A DNA stretch of 63,445 bases, counting the filler, from Octopus bimaculoides (Eukaryota): NCBI RefSeq assembly GCF_001194135.2. It is 7 parts of 6 records of this genome, joined end to end, with 100 filler letters (N's around TTAATTAATTAA, not from the genome) between each part and the next. Parts side by side here need not be neighbours in the genome. Positions count along the whole stretch, not along the records: positions 50,687 to 58,121 come from NC_068989.1; positions 58,222 to 60,377 come from NW_026359866.1; positions 60,478 to 63,445 come from NC_068981.1; 4 more parts are not named here. One strand, 5' to 3'. The stretch's first letter is position 1. Each line of letters starts with the position of its first letter. Below, in pieces: positions 51,590 through 63,445 of this stretch. The position numbers and the translations under genes are program-made. Under the pieces are notes generated by a model. The model saw nothing but the letters and a program-made list of their open reading frames with translations. It made no database searches and was not told the origin of the DNA.

Positions 51590-51818
51590 TACCAGGTAAC
51601 AGGTCTCAACTAGCATCCGACGCTCAACTATAGCTCTGCTCACTAACCACGACTTCCTGCGTATTAACATTCCAAATTTCCTTGTGTAACTTTTATAGAA
51701 TATTCCGTACCAGGTAACAGGTCACAACTAGCATCCGACGCTCAACTACAGCTCTGCTCACGGACCACAACTTCCTGCGTATGGACATACTATAATCTTG
51801 TGTAACTCTTATACGAAC
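51590..51818. repeat. Two diverged 118-bp tandem units
   Basis: taccaggtaacaggt(c/a)...tagcatccgacgctcaacta...cttcctgcgtat...cttgtgtaact starts at 51590 and again at 51708. Confidence 0.85.
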
Positions 51819-52034
51819 TGGATTTTTCTCTACAGACACTTTTAATATGTTCTGTGTTTTTTCTCACACACACTTGTGCACTCACACGTTTTCTTTCATG
51901 TGTACATTGCATGCATGTTCTCACGAGTGCACATTCATTTCTTTCATTTTTCTTTGTGTGTGTTTGTGCTACATCTTGTGGGTGGTTTTCAGTGGCCATC
52001 CTGCCCCAGGCGTTCCAACAAAAAAAATATTTTA

Positions 52035-52439
52035 TCGTGCGTTCCACACTGGCGAGGGGAGCCCTGTAGTAACGCCGTGCGCATGCGTAGTCTCACGCAT
52101 GCGTGGAATTCAACAACCAAGCTTTCCCGCTTTGATCGATCTCTTTTCTTGCTGGCCAGCGATTGAGCAAGGACGTGTTTAGCTGTCTCTCTCTCCATCT
52201 TTCGAACTTACGCTAGACAGCTCGCTCACATCTACATACCAACGTCCCAACAACCATGGTCTCACACACCGAAGACGTCTCAACAAACAAGAGTAAAGAT
52301 GTATATTCTCCACCTTGAATAAATGTTATGTTGATAGTTTGGAGTTCAGCGTTGCCGTTAATTCCTAATTTAATATAGGAAAGTCAGGTGTACATCTAAT
52401 GATGTATAACCCACTTCTCTATATGTTCTATATTATACA
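52035..52439 (+). mobile_element. Gypsy-type 3' LTR with polypurine tract
   Basis: GGCGAGGGGAG (52051-52061), then TGTAGT (52065), AATAAA, and a probable end at ...TATACA (52439). Homologous to the LTR at 56497. Confidence 0.65.
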
Positions 52440-52714
52440 TTGCCTTGGGTTTTTTTTTTATCTCATTACGAAATTCTTATATATATGTAGTGGTTAGATG
52501 TGTATCACGGTGAACAGATGCAAAAGGAATGTGTATGCTTTTGAAGTAAGCAAATGAATGAATCGATTCATAGTTAAAATAATCTATTCACTGGACTTAA
52601 TTCTTCACTACATGCAAAATGTTGACAACTGCTACGAGTTGCTAGAAATAGAAACAGGGTACATCTGTGGAAATAGTATGTCAAAAATGAATATGCTTGT
52701 GTGTGTGTGTGTAC

Positions 52715-52894
52715 GTTGTTCATCTGAGACAGTAGTCTACCGTGGAACTTCGAACATTGCTCTGGTCTCTGAGAAAAGCTGTCGTGTCGTAGACCTTGCT
52801 CGTTCGCTTGCTAGGCCTTTCTCCTTCCTCGTCTGTCTGTTGACCAGAGTTTGTACCTAAATAGGTCAGCTCCTGTCCATTTGAACTTCGCCTG
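52715..52894 (-). mobile_element. Highly decayed RTE RT fragment
   Basis: LTYLGTNSGQQTDEEGERPSKRTSKVY resembles the RTE F.YLGS...DEEV..RI.KAS segment. Confidence 0.4.
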
Positions 52895-52994
52895 NNNNNN
52901 NNNNNNNNNNNNNNNNNNNNNNNNNNNNNNNNNNNNNNNNNNNNNNNNNNNNNNNNNNNNNNNNNNNNNNNNNNNNNNNNNNNNNNNNNNNNNN

Positions 52995-53032
<38 letters not shown>

Positions 53033-53689
53033 CGTACGTATGTAAATTTGCAAAGAACAATATGTTCTCTTTTATCTAGTTTATGCTTCTCTCAGCTTGC
53101 CCTTCCTTACTGCACTTAGAAACCACTCCTCTCTTCTGTGAAAAATTAATTTTGGTAACACGCACACACACACACACACACACATGCACACACACACACA
53201 CTGTATGAAGAAAAAGTGATTAACACGTTTGAGAGACCAGCTACTGCAACAAAATAATGGTTCTTCATAATCCAGTATGAAACAGGATTAGACATTAAGA
53301 TTTGAAATTGAGGAATCAACTGGAAAATGCATGGAATTTCAGTTTTTCTGTTTACTTATTACAAAGTTCTTATAATTTCTAGTGGGTGATAATCTTGTAT
53401 AGCACTGTTTCATTCTTTTTAGAAATTGTCAGCATAATATAGCCTGTAACTTATTAATTAAACAGTATTTTACAAAAAGAGAAATTTCATTGAAGATAAA
53501 ATAATTACAATCTGGATGAAATTTGCAGAATGTTTCTTTTTATTCTTTTCATCTTGGAAGATTAGTAGTTTAGGAATTGAGAGAAAAGAGAGAACGTTCT
53601 GAGTGTCTATATACAGAATAACAGCTCTTTATATATACATATGTGCGTGAGTGTGTATGTATGTATGTATCTTTTATATTTTACTGGTT

Positions 53690-53970
53690 TCAGCCCAGGG
53701 CTGAAGTCATGCTGGTGTACCACTTGTAGTTACTCGGTGTTGTTTCTGGTATTGTTTTTGGTGAAGTGGCGATTTGGACGGAGCTGCTTTGCTCTGTGTC
53801 TCCTGTTGCGATGTGGGTTCATTTAGTATCTCAGATAAAAACCTGTCCAGACGTTCCTTGCAAACTTCCACATCAACACTATGTAGATCTCTAAGGTTGC
53901 CTGGCAGGATGTTTGTTGTAGCGAGAGTCATTGACACCCCTGGTGGATTGGAGAATGGACTAGCTGAACT
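53690..53970 (-). mobile_element. CR1-type LINE 3' end fragment
   Basis: NILPGNLRDLHSVDVEVCKERLDRFLSEILNEP. Confidence 0.7.
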
Positions 53971-54369
53971 CTTATAATGAGTAGAAGTCGGTAGTAGTCG
54001 AGGTGAGGCTTAGGGTTGTTGTGGAAGGCAGGAAACTAAGGTGCTACAACTGTGGACACCAACCCTCTCCTTACCCCACCAGACACGAACACAAATAATG
54101 CAAACACACAAGAGCCACAAATTCTCAGTACCCCACCCAGGGGTACCTTATCGTTTTATACAACAGTGCAAAGGCTTCAGTGAGAATAGAAAAGCTGAGA
54201 TGGTGAACTCTGATATAGAGGTGGACACGAAAGATTGTGAGAGATTACACCCGAGTGTAAGATGTTCCCTTGTATTGAAAGAGAATTATCACAAATTAAG
54301 ACAAGTACAGGAGAGATGTCTACTACACGGGAAGAGACGTCAACCTGAACTCGTTACACCCTAAGGTAA

Positions 54370-55450
54370 GATTGAGTAAAATGTTTAAGCTCAGCGAAGA
54401 AAAGTGTGACTTTTTTATGACAAGAATAAAATATCAAGGACAGATTATTGATGAAAATGGACGCAAAGCAGACCCGTCTAGGGCGAGTACAATAATAAAA
54501 AATTTGCTTCCCTCGACGAATATTACAACGTTACAAGCATTTCTGGGGCTTGCAAATTACTACCAGGTAGACATACGGAATATGCATGATTTAAGAGTAT
54601 CCCTGAATAACTTGTTAAAAAAAGACGTTAAGTGGAACTGGTCGGGCAAATGCTAAAAAGCTTTTGAAGAAATTCAAAACTTCTCAACGTCGGAATTGTC
54701 GTCATCGCATTTTGACCAGAATTTGGAAATAGTAGTGGCAGCTGATGCTAGTGAAAGTGGTATTGGAGCTGTGATTTTACATAAGTATGAAGATGGTAGC
54801 CTGAAAGCAGAGCTCATGCTTCGCATTCATTATTGCCGGCTGAGAAAAGCTACAGTCAAATAGAAAAAGAAGTAATAGCCATCATATATGCGGTAAAAAA
54901 AAAATTCCATGAATTTATACAGCACATGGAAGAAGGTTCCGTCTACATACAGACCACCGCTCATTGTTGTTGATCTATAGATAAAAAAAAAAGGGTATTC
55001 ATAAAGGGTATTCATACTCATACAGCCAACAGATTGCAGCGCTGGGGAACAATCCTGCTGAATTACGACTTCAAGATGGAATATTTGCTATCGAAAAAAT
55101 TGGGACATGCAGATGGTTTGTCAAGATTAATACCAAAATACAGCGAACCACTAGAAGACACAGTGATAGCGGCATTAAAAGCTGAAAATGAAATAAAAAA
55201 TATATTGTGCAATGTTGTGCGTGAATTGCCTGTGACATTGGAGGAAATAAAAATTAAGGCAGAGACGGACGACTTTATCATAAAAATGAAAAAAAAAACA
55301 AAAAAACAAATAGTGAGATCAGAAGAAACAAATAAAAAAAATACGTGTGGCTGGACGTAACCCAGTTTCGAATTTGTATTCGATATGTGATAATGTGCTT
55401 ATGTATGCACAGAGGGTCGTAATGCCTACCTCACTACAAAATTTCTGCTT
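54370..55450 (+). mobile_element. Gypsy pol fragment (RT end and RNase H), frameshifted
   Basis: LQAFLGLANYY, AADASESGIGAVI, EKSYSQIEKE and QRWGTILLNYDFKMEY...HADGLSRL. Confidence 0.9.
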
Positions 55451-56450
55451 TCGCAGTTCATATCTGCATTTGCGAAAATCTGTCCATTTTTTGTTCTAAT
55501 GGATCTATCCGTATGCATGTGTTGACACGTTCCACATCTGTTATCATTACACTTGGATGTTCATACTGAATCTTGCCATTGTTAATAGTTTCTTTAAGTT
55601 ATGTTATGTGGTAGCCTTTTACTTAAGATAAGTGTTTGATTAGTCATTCTGTCTTTTGTAATTTTTCACTTGGTTTTATGATTGGCAAATTTGTTTTGGT
55701 GATGCGGATTGTGTGATACTACAAATAGTATTGCGTTCCTTTCATGGGTTCGCCTTTTTCGTGTTGCTCTATAGGTATCTATTTTGCTCATTGTATGCTA
55801 TTTTCTATAAGTAGAAGAGGGTTATTTTGCTTGTGTTTCTGGTATTTGGATCATTGACTATAGTACAAATTTTCCTGGTTAGACAGTACAAGATGTTGCG
55901 TTTTGTGTGTGTTGTATGGCATGATTTGACATTTAGGTACTGGTGCGTATCTGCTTTTGTAATAAATATCAGTTCTGATTGTGGTTTTGTTTTTAATTTC
56001 CATTGTGTCAAGAAATGGTAATTGTATGTTGCTCATTTCTCTTGTGAATTTGAGACTAGGGTGTAGATTATTGAGGAGGGTGCTGAGTTCTTTCAGATTT
56101 TCTAGGGATTTGGTCCAAATTAGGAAACAACCATCGATGTATCTTTTCCATGTGTCCTCTATATGTCTTTTAAAGGTCATGCCGTAGTTCCCTTCAAATT
56201 TTTTATATAGGTTTTGTTCCAAGTATTCCAATACTTAGTTCGTGAAAACTGGAGCAAAACGTGTCCCAATAGCTGTGCCTCGAATTTGGAGGTAGTTTTT
56301 CTCCGTTGAAAAGGAATGCATTGTTTTCGAGGATAAGGCTGACCGCGTCTAGTATGAAGGTTACAGTAAATCTACTGGGGATCGCTTCTCTATGTTTCTC
56401 GACCGTGATGTTAGTTGCATGCGGATTGGTCAAAAAGGTATTCTAAAAAT
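55450..56450 (-). mobile_element. Penelope-like element RT fragment
   Basis: ILENNAFLFNG, YLQIRGTAIGTRFAP, WKRYIDGCFLIW, LNNLHPSLKFT, LPFLD and THQYLNVKSCH. Confidence 0.85.
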
Positions 56451-56496
56451 TCAGCTTGTTGGAACCTTCTAAGGGATACTAAAGTTGTCAAGAACT

Positions 56497-58121
56497 TGTA
56501 GTGACGTCATATTGGCGCCCAAAAGGCATAGTCGCCATTGCTGCATCCTTATCCACGCATGCGTGGATTTCAACATCCAAGCGTTACGGCTTCTATTTTG
56601 TCTCTTTACCACGCCAGACAGCGACCAAGCAAGACGTCTGAACAAGCTCTCATTGAGTGTGGTTGTACCAAATTGTCTCTCCAGCATTCCAACTTCTGGG
56701 GAAAGCTCATTCCAACATTCCGCCGTCTCCATAAATAAATACTTGTTGTTGTTGATCAGATTGGAGTTTCTGCGTTCAGTTCACTTCTAATTTAATATAG
56801 GAAAGTTAGGTGTACATCTAATGATGTATAATCCACTTTTGTTCGTTCAAGGCGTCGGGAAACGAGTAGAGGAGAANNNNNNNNNNNNNNNNNNNNNNNN
56901 NNNNNNNNNNNNNNNNNNNNNNNNNNNNNNNNNNNNNNNNNNNNNNNNNNNNNNNNNNNNNNNNNNNNNNNNNNNNNNNNNNNNNNNNNNNNNNNNNNNN
57001 NNNNNNNNNNNNNNNNNNNNNNNNNNNNNNNNNNNNNNNNNNNNNNNNNNNNNNNNNNNNNNNNNNNNNNNNNNNNNNNNNNNNNNNNNNNNNNNNNNNN
57101 NNNNNNNNNNNNNNNNNNNNNNNNNNNNNNNNNNNNNNNNNNNNNNNNNNNNNNNNNNNNNNNNNNNNNNNNNNNNNNNNNNNNNNNNNNNNNNNNNNNN
57201 NNNNNNNNNNNNNNNNNNNNNNNNNNNNNNNNNNNNNNNNNNNNNNNNNNNNNNNNNNNNNNNNNNNNNNNNNNNNNNNNNNNNNNNNNNNNNNNNNNNN
57301 NNNNNNNNNNNNNNNNNNNNNNNNNNNNNNNNNNNNNNNNNNNNNNNNNNNNNNNNNNNNNNNNNNNNNNNNNNNNNNNNNNNNNNNNNNNNNNNNNNNN
57401 NNNNNNNNNNNNNNNNNNNNNNNNNNNNNNNNNNNNNNNNNNNNNNNNCAAGCCGGTTAAACCTGCACATTCCACCCTCCATTATATCACGACGACTGGT
57501 CCTCCGGTTTTTTCTCGACCACGTCGCCTAGCGCCTGATCGTCTTAAGACGGCCAAGGCCGAGTTTGAGCACATGCTTCAACTCGGCCTCATTCTCCCCT
57601 CCACCAGCCCATGGGCATCTCCTCTACATTTGGACCGTAAAGGAGATTCGGATTTTCGCCCGGTGGGGGACTATCGGAGACTAAATACTGTGACGATAGC
57701 TGATCGCTATCCCATCAGGAATTTGCAGGATTTCTCGGCGAACCTGCATGGATGCACCATTTTCTCTAAGATACCAGTAAATCCAAAGGATATCCCTAAA
57801 ACAGCCATCACTACACCTTTCGGTTGTTTTGAATTTCTATTTATGAGTTTTGGTTTGCGTAATGCTACTAGCACTTTTCAGAGGTTTATGGATGAGGTCG
57901 TTCGTGGACTTGATTTTGTATTCGCTTATGTCGATGATATACTCATCGCTAGTGATACGGAAGAGAATCATCTCCACCATTTGTCACAACTTTTTCAGCG
58001 TCTTCGCGCTTATAATGTGAAGATTAATCCCGACAAGTGTCTTTTCGGGCAGTCATCCCTGAATTTTCTGGGGCATTTGGTTGATTCTAATGGGATCAAA
58101 CCTCTTCCTGCTAAAGTCGAT
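56497..58121 (+). mobile_element. Gypsy element: LTR, N gap, reverse transcriptase
   Basis: TGTAGT LTR start; RT SPWASPLH, GDYRRLN, KTAITTPFG, FGLRNA..TFQRFMD and YVDDILIAS. The IDL..AYHQ segment is deleted. Confidence 0.88.
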
Positions 58122-58165
58122 NNNNNNNNNNNNNNNNNNNNNNNNNNNNNNNNNNNNNNNNNNNN

Positions 58166-58177
58166 TTAATTAATTAA
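58166..58177. other. Artificial linker TTAATTAATTAA
   Basis: N44 on both flanks. Confidence 0.95.
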
Positions 58178-58221
58178 NNNNNNNNNNNNNNNNNNNNNNN
58201 NNNNNNNNNNNNNNNNNNNNN

Positions 58222-58261
<40 letters not shown>

Positions 58262-59337
58262 CCTTAATTTTAGACTCGAGTCAAATATAACAAACTAATC
58301 CAAATAGTTGTTAGAGTATATGCATAAATGGAATCTGGACTGGTTAGTTTGTACTGGCGTCTGGTTCCATAAGTTGTAATAATGATGTCAAACGAATCAA
58401 TGATATTTTGAAATCAATTAATACGCATGTTTCAGAGTTGCGTAATATATAATAGGAAATGCATCCATTACGTAATACCTTCCTCAGTCAAAACATTTCA
58501 AAATATGACACAGCTGATGGAAATATTTCAATATATATGGTCAGAGCAGTAAGTCGGCTACTAAATTAGGAGACTGACTGTGTATGTATATATATATATA
58601 TACATGTGTATAAAATTTTAAATGAACAGAAAATAGAGAAACATTGATCAACAACAATTGACTTACATCAATTAATTTTTAATTCAATACAAATAGACTG
58701 CTTCCCATCTAACAACTGTGTTTCTGCTTCCAATGTTATATGGTATTGCCACTGAAAATTCTAAAATTAATATCATGTTTGGTAATACATACGATTTAGA
58801 ACATGGAACTTCATCTGAGTGAAGAAAAAGACATACGTAAAAGAAAAGAAAAGAAAAGCCTCGAGAGAAAGATGAAAGGCTTAATATATTTAAATCATAC
58901 TATTTTTGCTTATGTGTCTCTTATTTAAAAAGTAGTGTTAGTAGTTGTGAGCATTATTGCGTACACCATAAATGTACGAGCAATATGCAAGAGAATTCAG
59001 TACCTGTGACTATGAAAACTCAGTACCTGACTATCTATATGTATGCATGTTTGAACAAACACAACATGCATGTACACCAGTACTATCTCTAACTGAACTC
59101 CTGATGGGATGGAATGTCCTACACGCACACGAAACTTTAAGTCATGTGGAGCTGGGTCAAACTCTTATGAAAAATATATTTGATTCCCAGCAAATGTGTT
59201 GCATGCTACTTTCTTTCGTTTGTCCACGCACTCGTACATACATACATACATACATACATGCATGCATGCATTCCCCATGATAGATCGCTAGCCACTAAAC
59301 CTTTTTCTATTTTCTATCCCTGTTTATTTCTGTGTTC

Positions 59338-59373
59338 CTTTCTGTCGAAGAGCGTAGGCTCGAAACGTAAAAG
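59338..59373 (+). ncRNA. Minimal type I hammerhead-like motif in a family F repeat
   Basis: Stem I CTTT/AAAG; core CTGTCGA (A6 replaced by U); extra A; stem II GAGC-gtag-GCTC; GAAAC; GTA cleavage triplet. Confidence 0.5.
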
Positions 59374-60009
59374 ACTTTCTCACTTCCCAAGTGTTAAACT
59401 AATAAATCTGTTTGTTGTTTACACACCCGTCTTCGTCTTTTGTTTTCTTGTAAATTCTATATACATATATGCATGCATGTATACACGTANNNNNNNNNNN
59501 NNNNNNNNNNNNNNNNNNNNNNNNNNNNNNNNNNNNNNNNNNNNNNNNNNNNNNNNNNNNNNNNNNNNNNNNNNNNNNNNNNNNNNNNNNNNNNNNNNNN
59601 NNNNNNNNNNNNNNNNNNNNNNNNNNNNNNNNNNNNNNNNNNNNNNNNNNNNNNNNNNNNNNNNNNNNNNNNNNNNNNNNNNNNNNNNNNNNNNNNNNNN
59701 NNNNNNNNNNNNNNNNNNNNNNNNNNNNNNNNNNNNNNNNNNNNNNNNNNNNNNNNNNNNNNNNNNNNNNNNNNNNNNNNNNNNNNNNNNNNNNNNNNNN
59801 NNNNNNNNNNNNNNNNNNNNNNNNNNNNNNNNNNNNNNNNNNNNNNNNNNNNNNNNNNNNNNNNNNNNNNNNNNNNNTATATAGACATAAGAAATGTAAA
59901 TATTATTAAAAATAATATTACTATCCAGCAAGAATAAAGCACCATAAAAGGTAGAATTATAATATACAAAGCTGGTGTATACAAAGTACAATCATTGCTA
60001 GAAATAGCA

Positions 60010-60377
60010 GCCGGTATTCACCGGCAAACTCCAGTATCTTTTACGCACTACGTTTACGTCCACAAACCATTTTTCATCTCCAGTCACAAGTTGTTTCACA
60101 AAAAGGCATGCTTTCATTCCGTTTGATAAGCATATCACAAACGGAATACCGGTCCAAGCAATTCTTTTCTGAGAGTTTCTGAGGGGCCTATCCATTAGCT
60201 TCACTAGGTGTTCATGAGCCGGACTTTTAGAAACTTCCAACGACTCTGCAAGTTCTCTAATCGTGATATTTGAGTTTTCTTCGATTTTTGCCTTCAAAAT
60301 ATTTTCATTCAATTTTGAAGGTCTTTCACTGCAAATGTCATCTTCCAAGCTAAACTCTCCAGCTTTAAATTTTGCAA
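60010..60377 (-). mobile_element. Mariner transposase remnant
   Basis: RPSKLNENILKAKIEENSNITIRELAESLEVS and VTGDEKW (first catalytic Asp motif). Confidence 0.85.
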
Positions 60378-60421
60378 NNNNNNNNNNNNNNNNNNNNNNN
60401 NNNNNNNNNNNNNNNNNNNNN

Positions 60422-60433
60422 TTAATTAATTAA
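60422..60433. other. Artificial linker TTAATTAATTAA
   Basis: N44 on both flanks. Confidence 0.95.
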
Positions 60434-60477
60434 NNNNNNNNNNNNNNNNNNNNNNNNNNNNNNNNNNNNNNNNNNNN

Positions 60478-60546
60478 TGATGATGATGATGATGATGATG
60501 ACGATGATGATGATGATGATGATGATGGTGGTGATGATGATGATGG

Positions 60547-60607
<61 letters not shown>

Positions 60608-60640
60608 GATGGTGATGATGGTGATGATGATGATGATGAG
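60478..60640. repeat. (GAT)n array
   Basis: Direct reading. Confidence 0.95.
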
Positions 60641-60914
60641 GATATTCTCTTAGTTATGGTCAGAACCCAAAAGAAATACAAGCCCACACATATTCATGAA
60701 ACATAAAAAAAAGACAACATAGAAATAAGATGACGAAAGAAACGGTATCATGAACAAGAAGAAGAAGAAGAAGAATAGCGAGAAAATTATACAAGAAAAA
60801 TAAAAACGAAAAAGAAAAAATAAACAAAATAATTAAGAAGATAAGAATTTAAATCGGATATGGAAGAACGAAGCGAAATTAAATTAAACACAGTATATTA
60901 ATTAGTGCGTTAAT

Positions 60915-61105
60915 GCAGCGTGTTGGCAGAATGGTTAGCACGCCGGACAAAGTTCTGAGTTCAAATTCCGCCGAGGTCGACTTTGTCTTTTATCCTTTCG
61001 GAGTCGATGAAATAAGTACCAGTTACACACTGGAGTCGATGAAATCGACTCGTCCTCCTCGTCCTCCACAAATCTGTTAGCCTTGTACGAAAATTTGAAA
61101 CTAAT
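60915..61105 (+). mobile_element. SINE family B
   Basis: Matches the family unit. Confidence 0.75.
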
Positions 61106-61734
61106 ATATTAATATGTAACGGTGGATTGGTCCAGTCGATAGAGTGGAGTTTAGCAAATGTATTGACTTTCTACGTTCAAATGCCATTGAAGTCAAGTTT
61201 GGTTTTTTCTTGCAGGGACAATGAAGTATCAAGCATGAACTAGAGTCAATTTAATAGACTTAAAACCTTCTCGAAATACTCGAACCTCTGGCAATCTCAT
61301 AAATCTATTTTAATTCATTAATATAAATATTAAACATTATTATAGTGCATTGTTGTGTCATTCAAAACATTTTATTCTTTACAAACAATACACAATGCTT
61401 CAAGCGAACTACAATACTCTCTTATCTCTACGCCTGGGCCAGGCCAAGTTCGCAAACGCTTGGGAGTTGATCAAACTATCTGAGAAACGTGCTAAAATCG
61501 GATGCCAAATAAACTTTCCTCCTTTGGAAAACCGATTATAGCAGCGACTCCATCAATTTTGAGGGACATCTGATGAAGGAATTTTTATTCTGAAATATCG
61601 TATCAGATTATGGACGATTATAGTGCATTGTTGTGTCATTCAAAACATTTTATTCTTTAAATATTTTAATATTTTGAAAACAAGAAAATTATTCGTCATA
61701 TGGTAGGTGAATTTGGAAGTATATTTTTGTTACC

Positions 61735-61990
61735 ATGGATGTGTGCTGTGTTCCTGAGCACGACAGTATTTCACGTTGCTCCGGGTCCCTCAACCATAGA
61801 AATGAGGTTCGACGTCACTGGTTACAAATTGTATCGGCCTTTCCATTGGTCAACATAGGTGGAGAGAGGAGACGGGTATGCATGGGCGATTGCTGGTCTT
61901 TCACAAACAACCTTGCCCAGACTTGTGTCTCAGAAGGTAACATCCTAGGTGCAATCTCATGGCTATTTCTTGTCGAACAGGGCCTCAAAA
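61735..61990 (+). mobile_element. CORE-like SINE (family E), decayed
   Basis: gtgttcctgagcacgacagtatttcacgttgctcc resembles the 12640-12810 copy. Confidence 0.5.
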
Positions 61991-62074
61991 TATAGACATG
62001 ATGAAGATTTTCGAAAACTAAGGATAAATTTTTTTACAGGTGCTGTGTGAAGGTGAATTGTTCAGCGTTTGCTC

Positions 62075-62285
62075 TCCTGCTTCAATCATTAGACTGCGGC
62101 GGCTACACACGGGCACCATCTTGAAGAATTTTAGTCAAACGAATCCAGCCCAGTACTTACTGTTTTCTTAAGCACTTAATTTTGTTGAACCGTTAAGTTC
62201 CAGTTCTAGGGACGTAAACACACAAACACTGGCAGTCAAGCGGTGATGGGAGACAAACACAGACAGAAAGACTCACAAACGTATA
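62075..62285 (+). mobile_element. SINE-like family D
   Basis: Homologous to 28595-28785. Confidence 0.7.
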
Positions 62286-62908
62286 TATATATATATATGT
62301 ATATATATANNNNNNNNNNNNNNNNNNNNNNNNNNNNNNNNNNNNNNNNNNNNNNNNNNNNNNNNNNNNNNNNNNNNNNNNNNNNNNNNNNNNNNNNNNN
62401 NNNNNNNNNNNNNNNNNNNNNNNNNNNNNNNNNNNNNNNNNNNNNNNNNNNNNNNNNNNNNNNNNNNNNNNNNNNNNNNNNNNNNNNNNNNNNNNNNNNN
62501 NNNNNNNNNNNNNNNNNNNNNNNNNNNNNNNNNNNNNNNNNNNNNNNNNNNNNNNNNNNNNNNNNNNNNNNNNNNNNNNNNNNNNNNNNNNNNNNNNNNN
62601 NNNNNNNNNNNNNNNNNNNNNNNNNNNNNNNNNNNNNNNNNNNNNNNNNNNNNNNNNNNNNNNNNNNNNNNNNNNNNNNNNNNNNNNNNNNNNNNNNNNN
62701 NNNNNNNNNNNNNNNNNNNNNNNNNNNNNNNNNNNNNNNNNNNNNNNNNNNNNNNNNNNNNNNNNNNNNNNNNNNNNNNNNNNNNNNNNNNNNNNNNNNN
62801 NNNNNNNNNNNNNNNNNNNNNNNNNNNNNNNNNNNNNNNNNNNNNNNNNNNNNNNNNNNNNNNNNNNNNNNNNNNNNNNNNNNNNNNNNNNNNNNNNNNN
62901 NNNNNNNN

Positions 62909-62942
<34 letters not shown>

Positions 62943-63291
62943 AGCAAAGCAATGCTGGATTCTTTTCTTTTAAAGCCAATATCGTGGGCTGAAGAACAAT
63001 GCCGAAAGCATATTATGCTCTAAGAACAACAATAACAGCAACAACAATGACAGTAGTAGTAGCAGCAGTAGTAAAAGTAAGACTTGGCGTTTGAAGTGGA
63101 TGAAGAGCAACTGTAACAATGATAAGAGTTGAGGAAGGTGGATGTGAAACGAAGAGGATACATAGTAGTAGTAGTAGTAGTAGCAGCAGCAGGAGCAGTG
63201 CTAGTAGTAGGAACAATATCAGTTATTATACTGATGTTATAATAAATATTGTAGCATGTTTTTATATAATCATCTAAATATATAAATATAC

Positions 63292-63347
<56 letters not shown>

Positions 63348-63445
63348 AGAGTGTTAGGTGTGATGTACAGAAGTAAATATTGAAAAAAAGTCGTCAGAAT
63401 TTTGGAATAACTTCTTTCATTTATTGTATACATATATTAGCGCTT

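Noticed and set aside
52065-56876. Both LTRs as the ends of one intact retrotransposon
   Set aside because: Too diverged, wrong order (PPT precedes the first, RT follows the second), and no shared TSD.

Overview
Repeat-rich, AT-rich animal genomic DNA, most likely an octopus (inferred from the tRNA-derived SINE families and microsatellite load), with many N gaps. It is not one locus. Six identical N44-TTAATTAATTAA-N44 linkers split it into seven concatenated segments: 1-12863, 12964-23368, 23469-34552, 34653-50586, 50687-58121, 58222-60377 and 60478-63445. Most sequence is microsatellite, SINEs and decayed transposons (CR1, RTE, Tx1/L1, R4/Dong-like, Penelope, Gypsy, mariner, Helitron). Host coding sequence is sparse. 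There is one clear DAW1/WDR69 exon (17779-17941). The main discovery is a plus-strand cluster in segment 34653-50586: four PAN/apple-domain exons plus two micro-exons that splice into a signal peptide. These exons meet in phase 1, so alternative secreted PAN proteins are possible, and the two paralogous PAN exons show far more amino-acid than synonymous change. Also notable are minimal hammerhead-ribozyme-like motifs in repeat tails, two long near-perfect palindromes, two convergent Helitron 3' ends around the DAW1 exon, and a possible beta-trefoil (FGF-like) exon. All alignments and counts were done by eye. No database searches were run, and TE boundaries are approximate.
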